Shown in pieces: positions 34,455 through 43,125 of a DNA stretch of 60,110 bases; position 1 is the first letter of the stretch; every line of letters starts with the position of its first letter. A program made the position numbers and the translations under genes. The notes beneath the pieces were generated by a model. It was given only the letters and a program-made list of their open reading frames with translations, was not told the DNA's origin and did not search any database. The stretch lies in IMG/VR virus record IMGVR_UViG_2541047874_000004. One strand, written 5' to 3'. This stretch comes from a virus (Duplodnaviria > Heunggongvirae > Uroviricota > Caudoviricetes).

Positions 34455-34695
34455 GAATAACTGTTCACCACTGTTCACCCTGTCATAAATATCTTTTATA
34501 TCAGTATATTATAGGGTGAACAGTTATTTATGAACTGTTCACCAAACTATTCACTGTTCACCTTTTTGATTGTTTATTGAGCTTCAAGGGTGAACAGTGG
34601 TGAACAGTTGGTGAATAGTTTTTGTGAAACTGTTCACCCATTAACATTATGAATTAAAAGAGAAAATATCAAAAGGTGAACAGGTGAAGGGTTAA
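34455..34695. repeat. Satellite replication origin: about 9-10 copies of the octamer TGTTCACC / GGTGAACA in both orientations
   Basis: Seen directly (for example CTGTTCACCACTGTTCACC, GGTGAACAGTGGTGAACAG); P4 ori/crr are built from TGTTCACC iterons bound by alpha (recalled). Confidence 0.75.
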
Positions 34696-34734
34696 AACGC
34701 AAAAATTTTAATTTACTGCTGTGAGATAAAGCCT

Positions 34735-34980
34735 ATGACAGCGAAGCACACAAAAAAATCACAATCGCACGCCCTTGATTTGACGGAACACTGGTTAAGG
34801 GTGTCGATAAAAATCATCGACCGCAACGCCGGGGAAGGATACGCGAAAGCACATCCCGAACTGATTAGCGCATTCATGACAACGGCGGCTGCAAACTTTG
34901 CCACTCTGACCGAACGGGAGATTGCTGAAGCGGAGGAAGTGACAACAATCAATATTAAGTCCGGAGAGCAGGCAGCATGA
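34735..34980 (+). CDS. Hypothetical satellite protein
   Basis: 81-aa ORF; ATGA overlap with ssb. Confidence 0.45.
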   Translation: MTAKHTKKSQSHALDLTEHWLRVSIKIIDRNAGEGYAKAHPELISAFMTTAAANFATLTEREIAEAEEVTTINIKSGEQAA

Positions 34981-35426
34981 CGGCGCAAATATCAGTTTAC
35001 GGGCGGTTGGTGGACGACCCGCAGACAAAACAGACCAGCAAGGGCACCCCCATGACGCTGGCGCGTATGGCGGTATCACTGCCCTGCAGTCAGTCGGATG
35101 ACGGTCAGGCGACGATGTGGTTATCTGTCCTGGCGTTTGGCAGACAAGCCGACGCGCTGGCAAAGCATCACAAAGGCGAACTCCTGAGCGTGGCGGGTAA
35201 TATGCAGGTGAGCCAGTGGACTGGACAGAACGGTGAAACGCGGCAGGGCTGGCAGGTTATCGCAGACAGCGTAATCAGTGCGCGAACGGTGCGACCGGGC
35301 GGCAAAAAAGGTCAACAGGGTCAGGCTACTGACGCACTGAACAGAGCAAAACAACAGGCAGATCAGCAAGGAAGCCATCCACCAGTGGGAGATAATGAAC
35401 AATGGGGAGATGATATTCCGTTTTAA
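34977..35426 (+). CDS. ssb: Single-stranded DNA-binding protein
   Basis: 149 aa; OB-fold-like N-terminus, Gly/Gln-rich linker and C-terminal acidic tail ending DDIPF. Confidence 0.8.
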   Translation: MTAQISVYGRLVDDPQTKQTSKGTPMTLARMAVSLPCSQSDDGQATMWLSVLAFGRQADALAKHHKGELLSVAGNMQVSQWTGQNGETRQGWQVIADSVISARTVRPGGKKGQQGQATDALNRAKQQADQQGSHPPVGDNEQWGDDIPF

Positions 35427-35643
35427 ATATTGCCAATAAAAAAGGCCGGAAAAAAATAAATTTTCCGGCATGCTACATAAATCCCGACCAAAGGGAGTGA
35501 AGATATTAACACTAATTATCCGCGCTGAAGTTGTTATCCCAAAACTTTATACAACATTGCACTCGGTTGCATGTATTCGCATGACAAATATCGGTGATAG
35601 CATATATCCACAATTATTTTTAATGAATGCAAAGAGGATGCGT

Positions 35644-36684
35644 ATGGTTGATTTATATTCGCCTACCCAGCTTGTACAGGTGGTTAATGCTGTAGATGTA
35701 CAAAAACAACTAAATGCGTTGTTTACCAGTTTGTTTTTTACTCGCTCGGTAATGTTTGAATCGCGCGATATTATTCTTGATACAATCGACGATCCAAATA
35801 TCCCAATTGCAGCGTTTTGTTCTCCTATGGTGGGTAGTAAAGTTTCACGTGACGAAGGGTACGAATCAAAAACAATTCGTCCAGGCTATATGAAGCCGAA
35901 AAGCAGCATTGATCCAAATAAGTTAGCTGTGCGCCCTGCTGGTGTATCACCTGAGCAATACAATGCTTTTGGAGCGCGTAATATTAAAGTTAAACAGGCG
36001 ATTGTAAATCAGGCTAAAGCTATTCGTACACGTATTGAATGGCTTGCCGTTCAGGCAATCACAACGGGGAAAAATATCATTGAGGGCGATGGTATTGAAC
36101 GTTATGAGCTGGACTGGAATATTAAACCACAAAATATCATCACTCAGTCTGGCGGTGCTGAGTGGTCAGGTAAGGATAAAGAAACTTTTGATCCAAATGA
36201 TGATATTGAGAGCTACGCAGAATTTAGTGAGGGCGTCACTAATATCATCATTATGGGCGGTAATGTATGGAAGAAATACCGTTCATTCAGAGCGATAAAA
36301 GAGGCTTTGGATACCCGTCGTGGTTCTAATTCCGAACTGGAAACGGCTCTTAAAGACCTTGGTGATTCGGTGAGTTTTAAAGGGTATATGGGCGATGTTG
36401 CGATTGTTGTATACAGCGGGCGTTATACCGACGAGGACGGAACTGAAAAACATTTCCTTGATCCTGATTTGATGGTGCTTGGCAATACGGCTCTTCAGGG
36501 GATTGTCGCCTATGGCGGTATTCAGGATCCGGAGCTAATCCGAATGGGGCTGACTAAAGCCGAACTTGCACCGAAAAACTATATTGTGCCTGGTGATCCG
36601 GCTATTGAATATGTGCAGACACATTCAGCACCACAGCCAATACCGGCCCGCATCAATCGTTTTGTTACCGTTCGCATTGGCTAA
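35644..36684 (+). CDS. Satellite-encoded major capsid protein homolog (lambda E-like)
   Basis: Aligns along its length with the helper E protein (for example ITQSGGAEWSGKDKETFDPNDDIESYA vs ITQSGGTQWSQRDKSTYDPTDDIEAYA; LDTRRGSNSELETALKDLGDSVSFKGYMGDVAIVVYSG vs LDTRRGSHSELETAVKDLGKAVSYKGMYGDVAIVVYSG). Start chosen at the ATG after the AAGAGGA ribosome-binding site; the ORF track extends to 35470. Confidence 0.8.
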   Translation: MVDLYSPTQLVQVVNAVDVQKQLNALFTSLFFTRSVMFESRDIILDTIDDPNIPIAAFCSPMVGSKVSRDEGYESKTIRPGYMKPKSSIDPNKLAVRPAGVSPEQYNAFGARNIKVKQAIVNQAKAIRTRIEWLAVQAITTGKNIIEGDGIERYELDWNIKPQNIITQSGGAEWSGKDKETFDPNDDIESYAEFSEGVTNIIIMGGNVWKKYRSFRAIKEALDTRRGSNSELETALKDLGDSVSFKGYMGDVAIVVYSGRYTDEDGTEKHFLDPDLMVLGNTALQGIVAYGGIQDPELIRMGLTKAELAPKNYIVPGDPAIEYVQTHSAPQPIPARINRFVTVRIG

Positions 36685-36693
36685 GGGGGAGCA

Positions 36694-37035
36694 ATGGCTA
36701 CTCATTACACTGAACTCATGGCTGGCACTGAAGCACTGGTGACTACGCTGGGGATATTTTCAGCTAATAAAGGGGTAATTCCTGCATTTACGCCACTGAT
36801 GCAGGAAGATGCAACAGGTGCACTGGTGGTATGGGATGGTTCGAGCGTAGGTAAAGCGGTTTATGTTTCCGCTGTACAAATCGACACCGCGAAAAAAACA
36901 CAGGCTCAGGTCTATAAGACAGGTGTCTTAAATGTTGATGCTCTGAACTGGCCTGAGTCTGTAAAAGAACTGTCAGTAAAGATTGCAGCGTTTGTTGGCT
37001 CAGGTATTTCTGTTCAGCCGCTGGCTCGTGTGTAA
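36694..37035 (+). CDS. Putative head decoration protein (lambda D-like)
   Basis: 113 aa; shares the TPLM...LVVWDG...KTG...WPE...GISV pattern with gpD and is adjacent to the E-like gene; the homology is weak. Confidence 0.5.
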   Translation: MATHYTELMAGTEALVTTLGIFSANKGVIPAFTPLMQEDATGALVVWDGSSVGKAVYVSAVQIDTAKKTQAQVYKTGVLNVDALNWPESVKELSVKIAAFVGSGISVQPLARV

Positions 37036-37046
37036 AGGGGGATACA

Positions 37047-37430
37047 ATGCAGAATGATTACAATGACCTTAAGCCAATTGCCGAAATGATGTACCCGAAT
37101 CCAGCTGTAGAGGAATTAAAAGCTATCGCTGACAAAATGTGTTTAAGCGAGCGCCTTGTTGATATGAATCAGGTGATGGAAATTACAACCCTGAGTCGGC
37201 GTACACTGCTAAACCTTGAGGCTAGTGGAGAGTTCCCGGAGCGTGTGCAGGTTACGGAAGGGCGTAAGGCCTGGTATTTAAGTGAAGTGATCGACTGGAT
37301 AAATAATATTCCTCGCGCTTCTGAATATTGCCGCGTACCTGTCCCAAAAAAGCCAGATGCGGCGCTATGCCTCAAGATTGAGCGTGTACGCCGCAATGCA
37401 CGGGATGGTCGCTATAAGCTGATTGGTTGA
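37047..37430 (+). CDS. AlpA-like HTH-domain protein
   Basis: 127 aa with MNQVMEITTLSRRTLLNLEASGEFPERVQVTEGRKAWYLSEVIDWINN; ribosome-binding site AGGGGGA upstream. Confidence 0.55.
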   Translation: MQNDYNDLKPIAEMMYPNPAVEELKAIADKMCLSERLVDMNQVMEITTLSRRTLLNLEASGEFPERVQVTEGRKAWYLSEVIDWINNIPRASEYCRVPVPKKPDAALCLKIERVRRNARDGRYKLIG

Positions 37431-37456
37431 TGAAATTAGGGCCCGCTCTGGCTGGC

Positions 37457-37530
37457 GGGTCCTTTCCGGCGATCCGGCAGGCTACGGGGCGGAAGGCGCG
37501 CGGGTTTTCGCTATTTATGAGCATTTTAAG
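37457..37530. promoter_or_regulatory. Satellite cos-like site with an altered cohesive-end sequence
   Basis: CGGGTCCTTTCCGGCGATCCGGCAGGCTACG-GGGCGGAAGGCG-CGCGGGTTTTCGCTATTTATGAGCATTTT; flanks are conserved with the helper cos, 6 substitutions fall inside the 12-nt cohesive-end segment. Confidence 0.7.
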
Positions 37531-37646
37531 GGGACTGGTGGTGGTTTTGTTGTTCGCTATATCTGTATGAATAATAAGAGAAAAATACAATCAATACACC
37601 AACCTGAAACAGTAATTAAGTTGTGGTATCAATGAAATTACACCTG

Positions 37647-38174
37647 ATGAACAAAAAAAACATGGCAAAAAGTTGCCGTGTAAGCGCCACTGCGTTCGAT
37701 AAGTGGGGAGTGATTCCCGTCGAGCGTAAGGGCCGTGAGGCGTTCTATGATGTTGCCAGTGTAATAGATAATCGGGTTAACAATGCAATCAGCCAGATTA
37801 CAAACGAAACGGGCGATATTGATGACGATGAACTTTTACGCGTCAGGATCAGATTACTGACAGCACAGGCAGAGGCGCAGGAGCTTAAAAACGAGCGCGA
37901 ACGCGGCGACGTTATTGATACAGAGTTTTGTATGTATGTTCTTTCCAAACTGGCGAGTCAGATTTCATCTATCATGGACAGCCTGCCGCTTACCATGCAA
38001 AGGCGCTTCCCACAGATGACTCCGGCTATGCTGGATGGACTTAAAAAGGAAGTGGCTAAAGCCTGTAATGCCAGTGCCGGCGTTGCTGACAACCTCCCAC
38101 AGATACTGGCTGATTATCTGATGGAAAGTACAGGAAACGTACCGGATAAGTTGCAGCTGAATAAGGATAAGTAA
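37647..38174 (+). CDS. Terminase small subunit-like protein (Nu1 C-terminal homology, divergent N-terminal DNA-binding domain)
   Basis: C-terminal half aligns with helper Nu1 (TAQAEAQELKNERERGDVIDTEFCMYVLSKLASQISSIMDSLPLTMQRRFPQ vs TRAQATAQELKNAKESAEVVETAFCTFVLSRIAREISSILDGIPLSVQRRFPE); the N-terminus differs. Start uncertain (ATG at 37632, 37647 or 37662). Confidence 0.7.
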   Translation: MNKKNMAKSCRVSATAFDKWGVIPVERKGREAFYDVASVIDNRVNNAISQITNETGDIDDDELLRVRIRLLTAQAEAQELKNERERGDVIDTEFCMYVLSKLASQISSIMDSLPLTMQRRFPQMTPAMLDGLKKEVAKACNASAGVADNLPQILADYLMESTGNVPDKLQLNKDK

Positions 38175-38185
38175 CGTAGTACGCT

Positions 38186-38461
38186 ATGACTGAATCCGAA
38201 CTACTGAAAGTAATCTGCCATGCTGGTGGAGTCAGCCACCAGCATGACGAACAGACCACGCAGCCGGGCAGTGTCACCGCTGAAAATTACGCTCGTGTGG
38301 TTGCTGAGGTTATGTGGCGTGACGGTATAGAACTGAACGGACAGGATTGCTTAGTCATCCGCACCAAAGTGGTGGCTATACTGGCAGCTAGGCGGAGGCA
38401 GGGACAACGCCAGAACGTTGCATCGTACCAGTGGAAGAAGCCTGACAGACTGCGGCGATAA
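38186..38461 (+). CDS. Hypothetical satellite protein
   Basis: 91-aa ORF after the TerS-like gene. Confidence 0.4.
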   Translation: MTESELLKVICHAGGVSHQHDEQTTQPGSVTAENYARVVAEVMWRDGIELNGQDCLVIRTKVVAILAARRRQGQRQNVASYQWKKPDRLRR

Positions 38462-38863
38462 CTCTTTGATTTTCTCGACGGCCCCAAAATGGGCCTTACC
38501 ATAGCCAGCTAATAAATGAGCAAGCCTCAAAAGTGAGGTTTGTGGCCGTTTGGCCTATTCATATGCTAACTCGTTGATATTCCTGACGACGCAAATTTAC
38601 GCCTTGTGGCTGGTAGTCGAATTGCAAATTTGCAACTCAACTATGAAACTACAGGTAGTTTGGGTAGTAAAAGCAACACACTGATTTTGGGGCTTCTTCG
38701 CGATACCTAATATTATGGTATCGGTGGAAGAGATATCGTTTCTCATAGGTTAGCACCGAGGGCGGAGTTCCGCCCTCATCGAAAAATTGCTTACGAGTCG
38801 TCAAAATAAATTAATCGACTGAGTATAATGATTAACTAATTGCTCGTGTTACTTCATTATACG

Positions 38864-39625
38864 TTATTTCCCATCTTTAAGGTTTAACCAAGTGTTAATT
38901 AAAAAAAGAGCCATTGAGCCTGATAAATTTACTGCAAGTTCGGCATGCCTTGGGGATGGCTTAATTGATGAGCTGTTCGTTCCATGTGCATCACCGAGTT
39001 TATTACGAAGAGTACCTAACCCATTTACAACTGCAGAACAACCGCCGAGAATTTGTTTGAAGATATTTTCAGTATGTTGGTCGGCAGATAGGTTAAGTTC
39101 TTTTGAAAGAGTTTTATAAAGCTCTGACATTTCAATATTTTTATTATTATACTGAATGCCCATATCATCAAGAATGTGTTTGCAAACTGTTTCAAGAAGT
39201 GTTCTTGCGGAGGTTATCGCACCATCCGGATCTGTATGGCGCCGTTCAAGTGCTTTTATCCAAACGGCGTGGACTCCATCCTCGTTAAACTTTCTTAATA
39301 CATCAGATATGTCTTCATCCGCTGGAGCTTTATTTTTCCCTTCTAGATAATCCAGCATCGGCTGAAATGCCTTATAAATCAAATCTCTCCGGGGGGCATA
39401 CTTTTCAGTCTTTTTTATAAATCCCCAAAATTCTTTTAGTGAGCGATTAGTTCTCACAAACTCTGGTAATAGCTGATGTAAAGGAGGATTTTGTAAGAAA
39501 TATGTTCTTAGAAGCAAATAATCATTATTAGCTTCATCCTGGGCTCCTGTAGCTCTTGCAATTAGTATGTTTTGAAGCGCTACTGCGCGCTCTAGGTCAT
39601 TTTGAAGGGTATCTATAATATTCAT
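38864..39625 (-). CDS. Abortive-infection-like protein with Abi_C-type C-terminal domain; candidate defense cargo
   Basis: 253 aa; C-terminal GLGTLRNKLGDAHGT...PSPRHAELAVNLSGSMALFLINTWL fits the recalled Abi C-terminus signature; opposite strand to the rest of the element, at its right end. Confidence 0.55.
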   Translation of the reverse strand: MNIIDTLQNDLERAVALQNILIARATGAQDEANNDYLLLRTYFLQNPPLHQLLPEFVRTNRSLKEFWGFIKKTEKYAPRRDLIYKAFQPMLDYLEGKNKAPADEDISDVLRKFNEDGVHAVWIKALERRHTDPDGAITSARTLLETVCKHILDDMGIQYNNKNIEMSELYKTLSKELNLSADQHTENIFKQILGGCSAVVNGLGTLRNKLGDAHGTNSSSIKPSPRHAELAVNLSGSMALFLINTWLNLKDGK

Positions 39626-39784
39626 AACAAATCTTTATTCACTTCATTTGTGGGTTGATAATTGAATGGTTTGTACATTGATTTCTGTGTATTGCAGTGT
39701 GTATTGCAACATAGCCATTCAGGTAGAGATTATGCTCTATTTTTCCTCTTATATCATTCACATACTTACACCATTGACTCATGT

Positions 39785-39794
39785 AGCCGAAGCA
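39785..39794. repeat. Right copy of the 10-bp direct repeat AGCCGAAGCA (putative attR core)
   Basis: Identical to 28822..28831; E resumes in frame immediately here. Confidence 0.7.
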
Positions 39795-40575
39795 TGAAGT
39801 GAATCCGCAGATGACCCTGCGTCGCCTGCCGGATGAAGATCCGCAGAATCTGGCGGACCCGGCTTACCGCCGCCGTCGCATCATCATGCAGAACATGCGT
39901 GACGAAGAGCTGGCCATTGCTCAGGTCGAAGAGATGCAGGCCGTTTCTGCCGTGCTTAAGGGCAAATACACCATGACCGGTGAAGCCTTCGATCCGGTTG
40001 AGGTGGATATGGGCCGCAGTGAGGAGAATAACATCACGCAGTCCGGCGGCACGCAGTGGAGCCAGCGTGACAAGTCCACGTATGACCCGACCGACGATAT
40101 CGAAGCCTACGCGCTGAACGCCAGCGGTGTGGTGAATATCATCGTGTTCGATCCGAAAGGCTGGGCGCTGTTCCGTTCCTTCAAGGCCGTCAAGGATAAG
40201 CTGGATACCCGTCGCGGCTCTCATTCCGAGCTGGAGACAGCGGTGAAAGACCTGGGCAAAGCGGTGTCCTATAAGGGAATGTATGGCGATGTGGCCATCG
40301 TCGTGTATTCCGGACAGTACGTGGAAAACGGCGTCAAAAAGAACTTCCTGCCGGACAACACGATGGTGCTGGGGAACACTCAGGCACGCGGTCTGCGCAC
40401 CTATGGCTGCATTCAGGATGCGGACGCACAGCGCGAAGGCATTAACGCCTCTGCCCGTTACCCGAAAAACTGGGTGACCACCGGCGATCCGGCGCGTGAG
40501 TTCACTATGATTCAGTCAGCACCGCTGATGCTGCTGGCTGACCCTGATGAGTTCGTGTCCGTACAACTGGCGTAA
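39787..40575 (+). pseudogene. E: Major capsid protein E, 3' fragment (resumes at ...PKHEVNPQMTLRR)
   Basis: Matches recalled lambda E from EVNPQMTLRRLPDEDPQNLADPAYRRRR to the C-terminus DPDEFVSVQLA; no ATG or ribosome-binding site of its own (the ORF track begins at GTG 39799). Confidence 0.9.
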
Positions 40576-40616
40576 TCATGGCCCTTCGGGGCCATTTTCT
40601 CTCTGTGGAGGAGTCC

Positions 40617-41015
40617 ATGACGAAAGATGAACTGATTGCCCGTCTTCAGGTGCTGGGTGAGCAACTGAACCGTGATGTCAGCCTGACGGGGACGAAAGAA
40701 GAACTGGCACTCCGTGTGGCAGAGCTGGAAGAGGAGCTTGATGACACGGATGAAACTGCCGGTCAGGACACCCCTCTCAGCCGGGAAAATGTGCTGACCG
40801 GACATGAAAATGAGGTGGGATCAGCGCAGCCGGATACCGTGATTCTGGATACGTCTGAACTGGTCACGGTCGTGGCACTGGTGACGCTGCATACCGATGC
40901 ACTTCACGCCACGCGGGATGAACCTGTGGCATTTGTGCTGCCGGGAACGGCGTTTCGTGTCTCTGCCGGTGTGGCAGCCGAAATGACAGAACGTGGCCTG
41001 GCCAGAATGCAATAA
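40617..41015 (+). CDS. FI: DNA-packaging protein FI
   Basis: MTKDELIARLQVLGEQLNRDVSLTGTKEELALRVAELEEELDDTDETAGQ... matches recalled lambda FI. Confidence 0.9.
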   Translation: MTKDELIARLQVLGEQLNRDVSLTGTKEELALRVAELEEELDDTDETAGQDTPLSRENVLTGHENEVGSAQPDTVILDTSELVTVVALVTLHTDALHATRDEPVAFVLPGTAFRVSAGVAAEMTERGLARMQ

Positions 41016-41026
41016 CGGGAGGCGCT

Positions 41027-41380
41027 GTGGCTGATTTCGATAACCTGTTCGATGCTGCCATTGCCCGCGCCGATGAAACGATACGCGGGTACATGGGAAC
41101 GTCAGCCACCATGACATCCGGTGAGCAGTCCGGTGCTGTGATACGTGGTGTTTTTGATGACCCTGAAAATATCAGCTATGCCGGACAGGGCGTGCGCGTT
41201 GAAGGCTCCAGCCCGTCCCTGTTTGTCCGGACTGATGAGGTGCGGCAGCTGCGGCGTGGAGACACGCTGACCATCGGTGAGGAAAATTTCTGGGTAGATC
41301 GGGTTTCGCCGGATGATGGCGGAAGTTGTCATCTCTGGCTTGGACGGGGCGTACCGCCTGCCGTTAACCGTCGTCGCTGA
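41027..41380 (+). CDS. FII: Head completion protein FII
   Basis: 117 aa MADFDNLFDAAIARADETIRGYMGTSAT... Confidence 0.9.
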   Translation: MADFDNLFDAAIARADETIRGYMGTSATMTSGEQSGAVIRGVFDDPENISYAGQGVRVEGSSPSLFVRTDEVRQLRRGDTLTIGEENFWVDRVSPDDGGSCHLWLGRGVPPAVNRRR

Positions 41381-41391
41381 AAGGGGGATGT

Positions 41392-41970
41392 ATGGCCATA
41401 AAAGGTCTTGAGCAGGCCGTTGAAAACCTCAGCCGTATCAGCAGAACGGCGGTGCCTGGTGCGTCAGCAATGGCCATTAACCGCGTTGCTTCATCCGCGA
41501 TATCGCAGTCGGCGGCACAGGTTGCCCGTGAGACAAAGGTACGCCGGAAACTGGTAAAGGAAAGGGCCAGGCTGAAAAGGGCCACGGTCAAAAATCCGCA
41601 GGCCAGAATCAAGGTTAACCGGGGGGATTTGCCCGTAATCAAGCTGGGGAATGCGCGGGTTGTCCTGTCCCGCCGCAGGCGTCGTAAAAAGGGGCAGCGT
41701 TCATCCCTGAAAGGTGGCGGTAGCGTGCTTGTGGTGGGAAACCGTCGTATTCCCGGCGCGTTTATTCAGCAACTGAAAAATGGCCGGTGGCATGTCATGC
41801 AGCGTGTGGCCGGGAAAAACCGTTACCCCATTGATGTGGTGAAAATCCCGATGGCGGTGCCGCTGACCACGGCGTTTAAACAGAATATTGAGCGGATACG
41901 GCGTGAACGTCTTCCGAAAGAGCTGGGCTATGCGCTGCAGCATCAACTGAGAATGGTAATAAAGCGATGA
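41392..41970 (+). CDS. Z: Tail completion protein Z
   Basis: 192 aa; lambda order and sequence. Confidence 0.9.
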   Translation: MAIKGLEQAVENLSRISRTAVPGASAMAINRVASSAISQSAAQVARETKVRRKLVKERARLKRATVKNPQARIKVNRGDLPVIKLGNARVVLSRRRRRKKGQRSSLKGGGSVLVVGNRRIPGAFIQQLKNGRWHVMQRVAGKNRYPIDVVKIPMAVPLTTAFKQNIERIRRERLPKELGYALQHQLRMVIKR

Positions 41971-42362
41971 AACATACTGAACTCCGTGCAGCCGTACTGG
42001 ATGCACTGGAGAAGCATGACACCGGGGCGACGCTTTTTGATGGTCGCCCCGCTGTTTTTGATGAGGCGGATTTTCCGGCAATTGCCGTTTATCTCACCGG
42101 CGCTGAATACACGGGCGAAGAGCTGGACAGCGATACCTGGCAGGCGGAGCTGCATATTGAAGTTTTCCTGCCTGCTCAGGTGCCGGATTCAGAGCTGGAT
42201 GCGTGGATGGAGTCCCGGATTTATCCGGTGATGAGCGATGTCCCGGCACTGTCAGATTTGATCACCAGTATGGTGGCCAGTGGCTATGACTACCGGCGCG
42301 ACGATGATGCGGGCCTGTGGAGTTCAGCCGATCTGACTTATGTCATTACCTATGAAATGTGA
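41967..42362 (+). CDS. U: Tail terminator protein U
   Basis: 131 aa [45 protein letters not shown]... Confidence 0.9.
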   Translation: MKHTELRAAVLDALEKHDTGATLFDGRPAVFDEADFPAIAVYLTGAEYTGEELDSDTWQAELHIEVFLPAQVPDSELDAWMESRIYPVMSDVPALSDLITSMVASGYDYRRDDDAGLWSSADLTYVITYEM

Positions 42363-42369
42363 GGACGCT

Positions 42370-43110
42370 ATGCCTGTACCAAATCCTACAATGCCGGTGA
42401 AAGGGGCCGGGACCACACTGTGGGTTTATAAGGGGAACGGTGACCCTTATGCGAACCCGCTTTCAGACGTTGACTGGTCGCGTCTGGCAAAAGTTAAAGA
42501 CCTGACGCCCGGCGAACTGACCGCTGAGTCCTATGACGACAGCTATCTCGATGATGAAGATGCAGACTGGACTGCGACCGGGCAGGGGCAGAAATCAGCC
42601 GGAGATACCAGCTTCACGCTGGCGTGGATGCCCGGAGAGCAGGGGCAGCAGGCGCTGCTGGCGTGGTTTAATGAAGGTGATACCCGTGCCTATAAAATCC
42701 GCTTCCCGAACGGCACGGTCGATGTGTTCCGTGGCTGGGTCAGCAGTATCGGTAAAGCGGTGACGGCGAAGGAAGTGATCACCCGCACGGTGAAAGTCAC
42801 CAATGTGGGACGTCCGTCGATGGCAGAAGATCGCAGCACGGTAACAGCGGCAACCGGCATGACCGTGACGCCTGCCAGCACCTCGGTGGTGAAAGGGCAG
42901 AGCACCACGCTGACCGTGGCCTTCCAGCCGGAGGGCGTAACCGACAAGAGCTTCCGTGCGGTGTCTGCGGATAAAACAAAAGCCACCGTGTCGGTCAGTG
43001 GTATGACCATCACCGTGAACGGCGTTGCTGCAGGCAAGGTCAACATTCCGGTCGTATCCGGTAATGGTGAGTTTGCTGCGGTTGCAGAAATCACCGTCAC
43101 CGCCAGTTAA
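42370..43110 (+). CDS. V: Major tail protein V
   Basis: 246 aa from [22 protein letters not shown]...; C-terminal Ig-like domain. Confidence 0.9.
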   Translation: MPVPNPTMPVKGAGTTLWVYKGNGDPYANPLSDVDWSRLAKVKDLTPGELTAESYDDSYLDDEDADWTATGQGQKSAGDTSFTLAWMPGEQGQQALLAWFNEGDTRAYKIRFPNGTVDVFRGWVSSIGKAVTAKEVITRTVKVTNVGRPSMAEDRSTVTAATGMTVTPASTSVVKGQSTTLTVAFQPEGVTDKSFRAVSADKTKATVSVSGMTITVNGVAAGKVNIPVVSGNGEFAAVAEITVTAS

Positions 43111-43125
43111 TCTGGGGAGTCAGAG

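Larger units (their letters stand above)
28822..39794. mobile_element. Integrated phage satellite (P4/PICI-like) inside helper gene E
   Basis: About 10.96 kb bounded by 10-bp direct repeats; integrase adjacent to the left junction, AlpA, primase, iteron origin, own cos and TerS-like gene; it splits an otherwise intact E gene. Confidence 0.8.

Noticed and set aside
34455-34695. Possible CRISPR array because of short repeated units
   Set aside because: Repeats are 8-9 bp iterons in both orientations with irregular spacing and no cas genes; this is a replication origin, not CRISPR.
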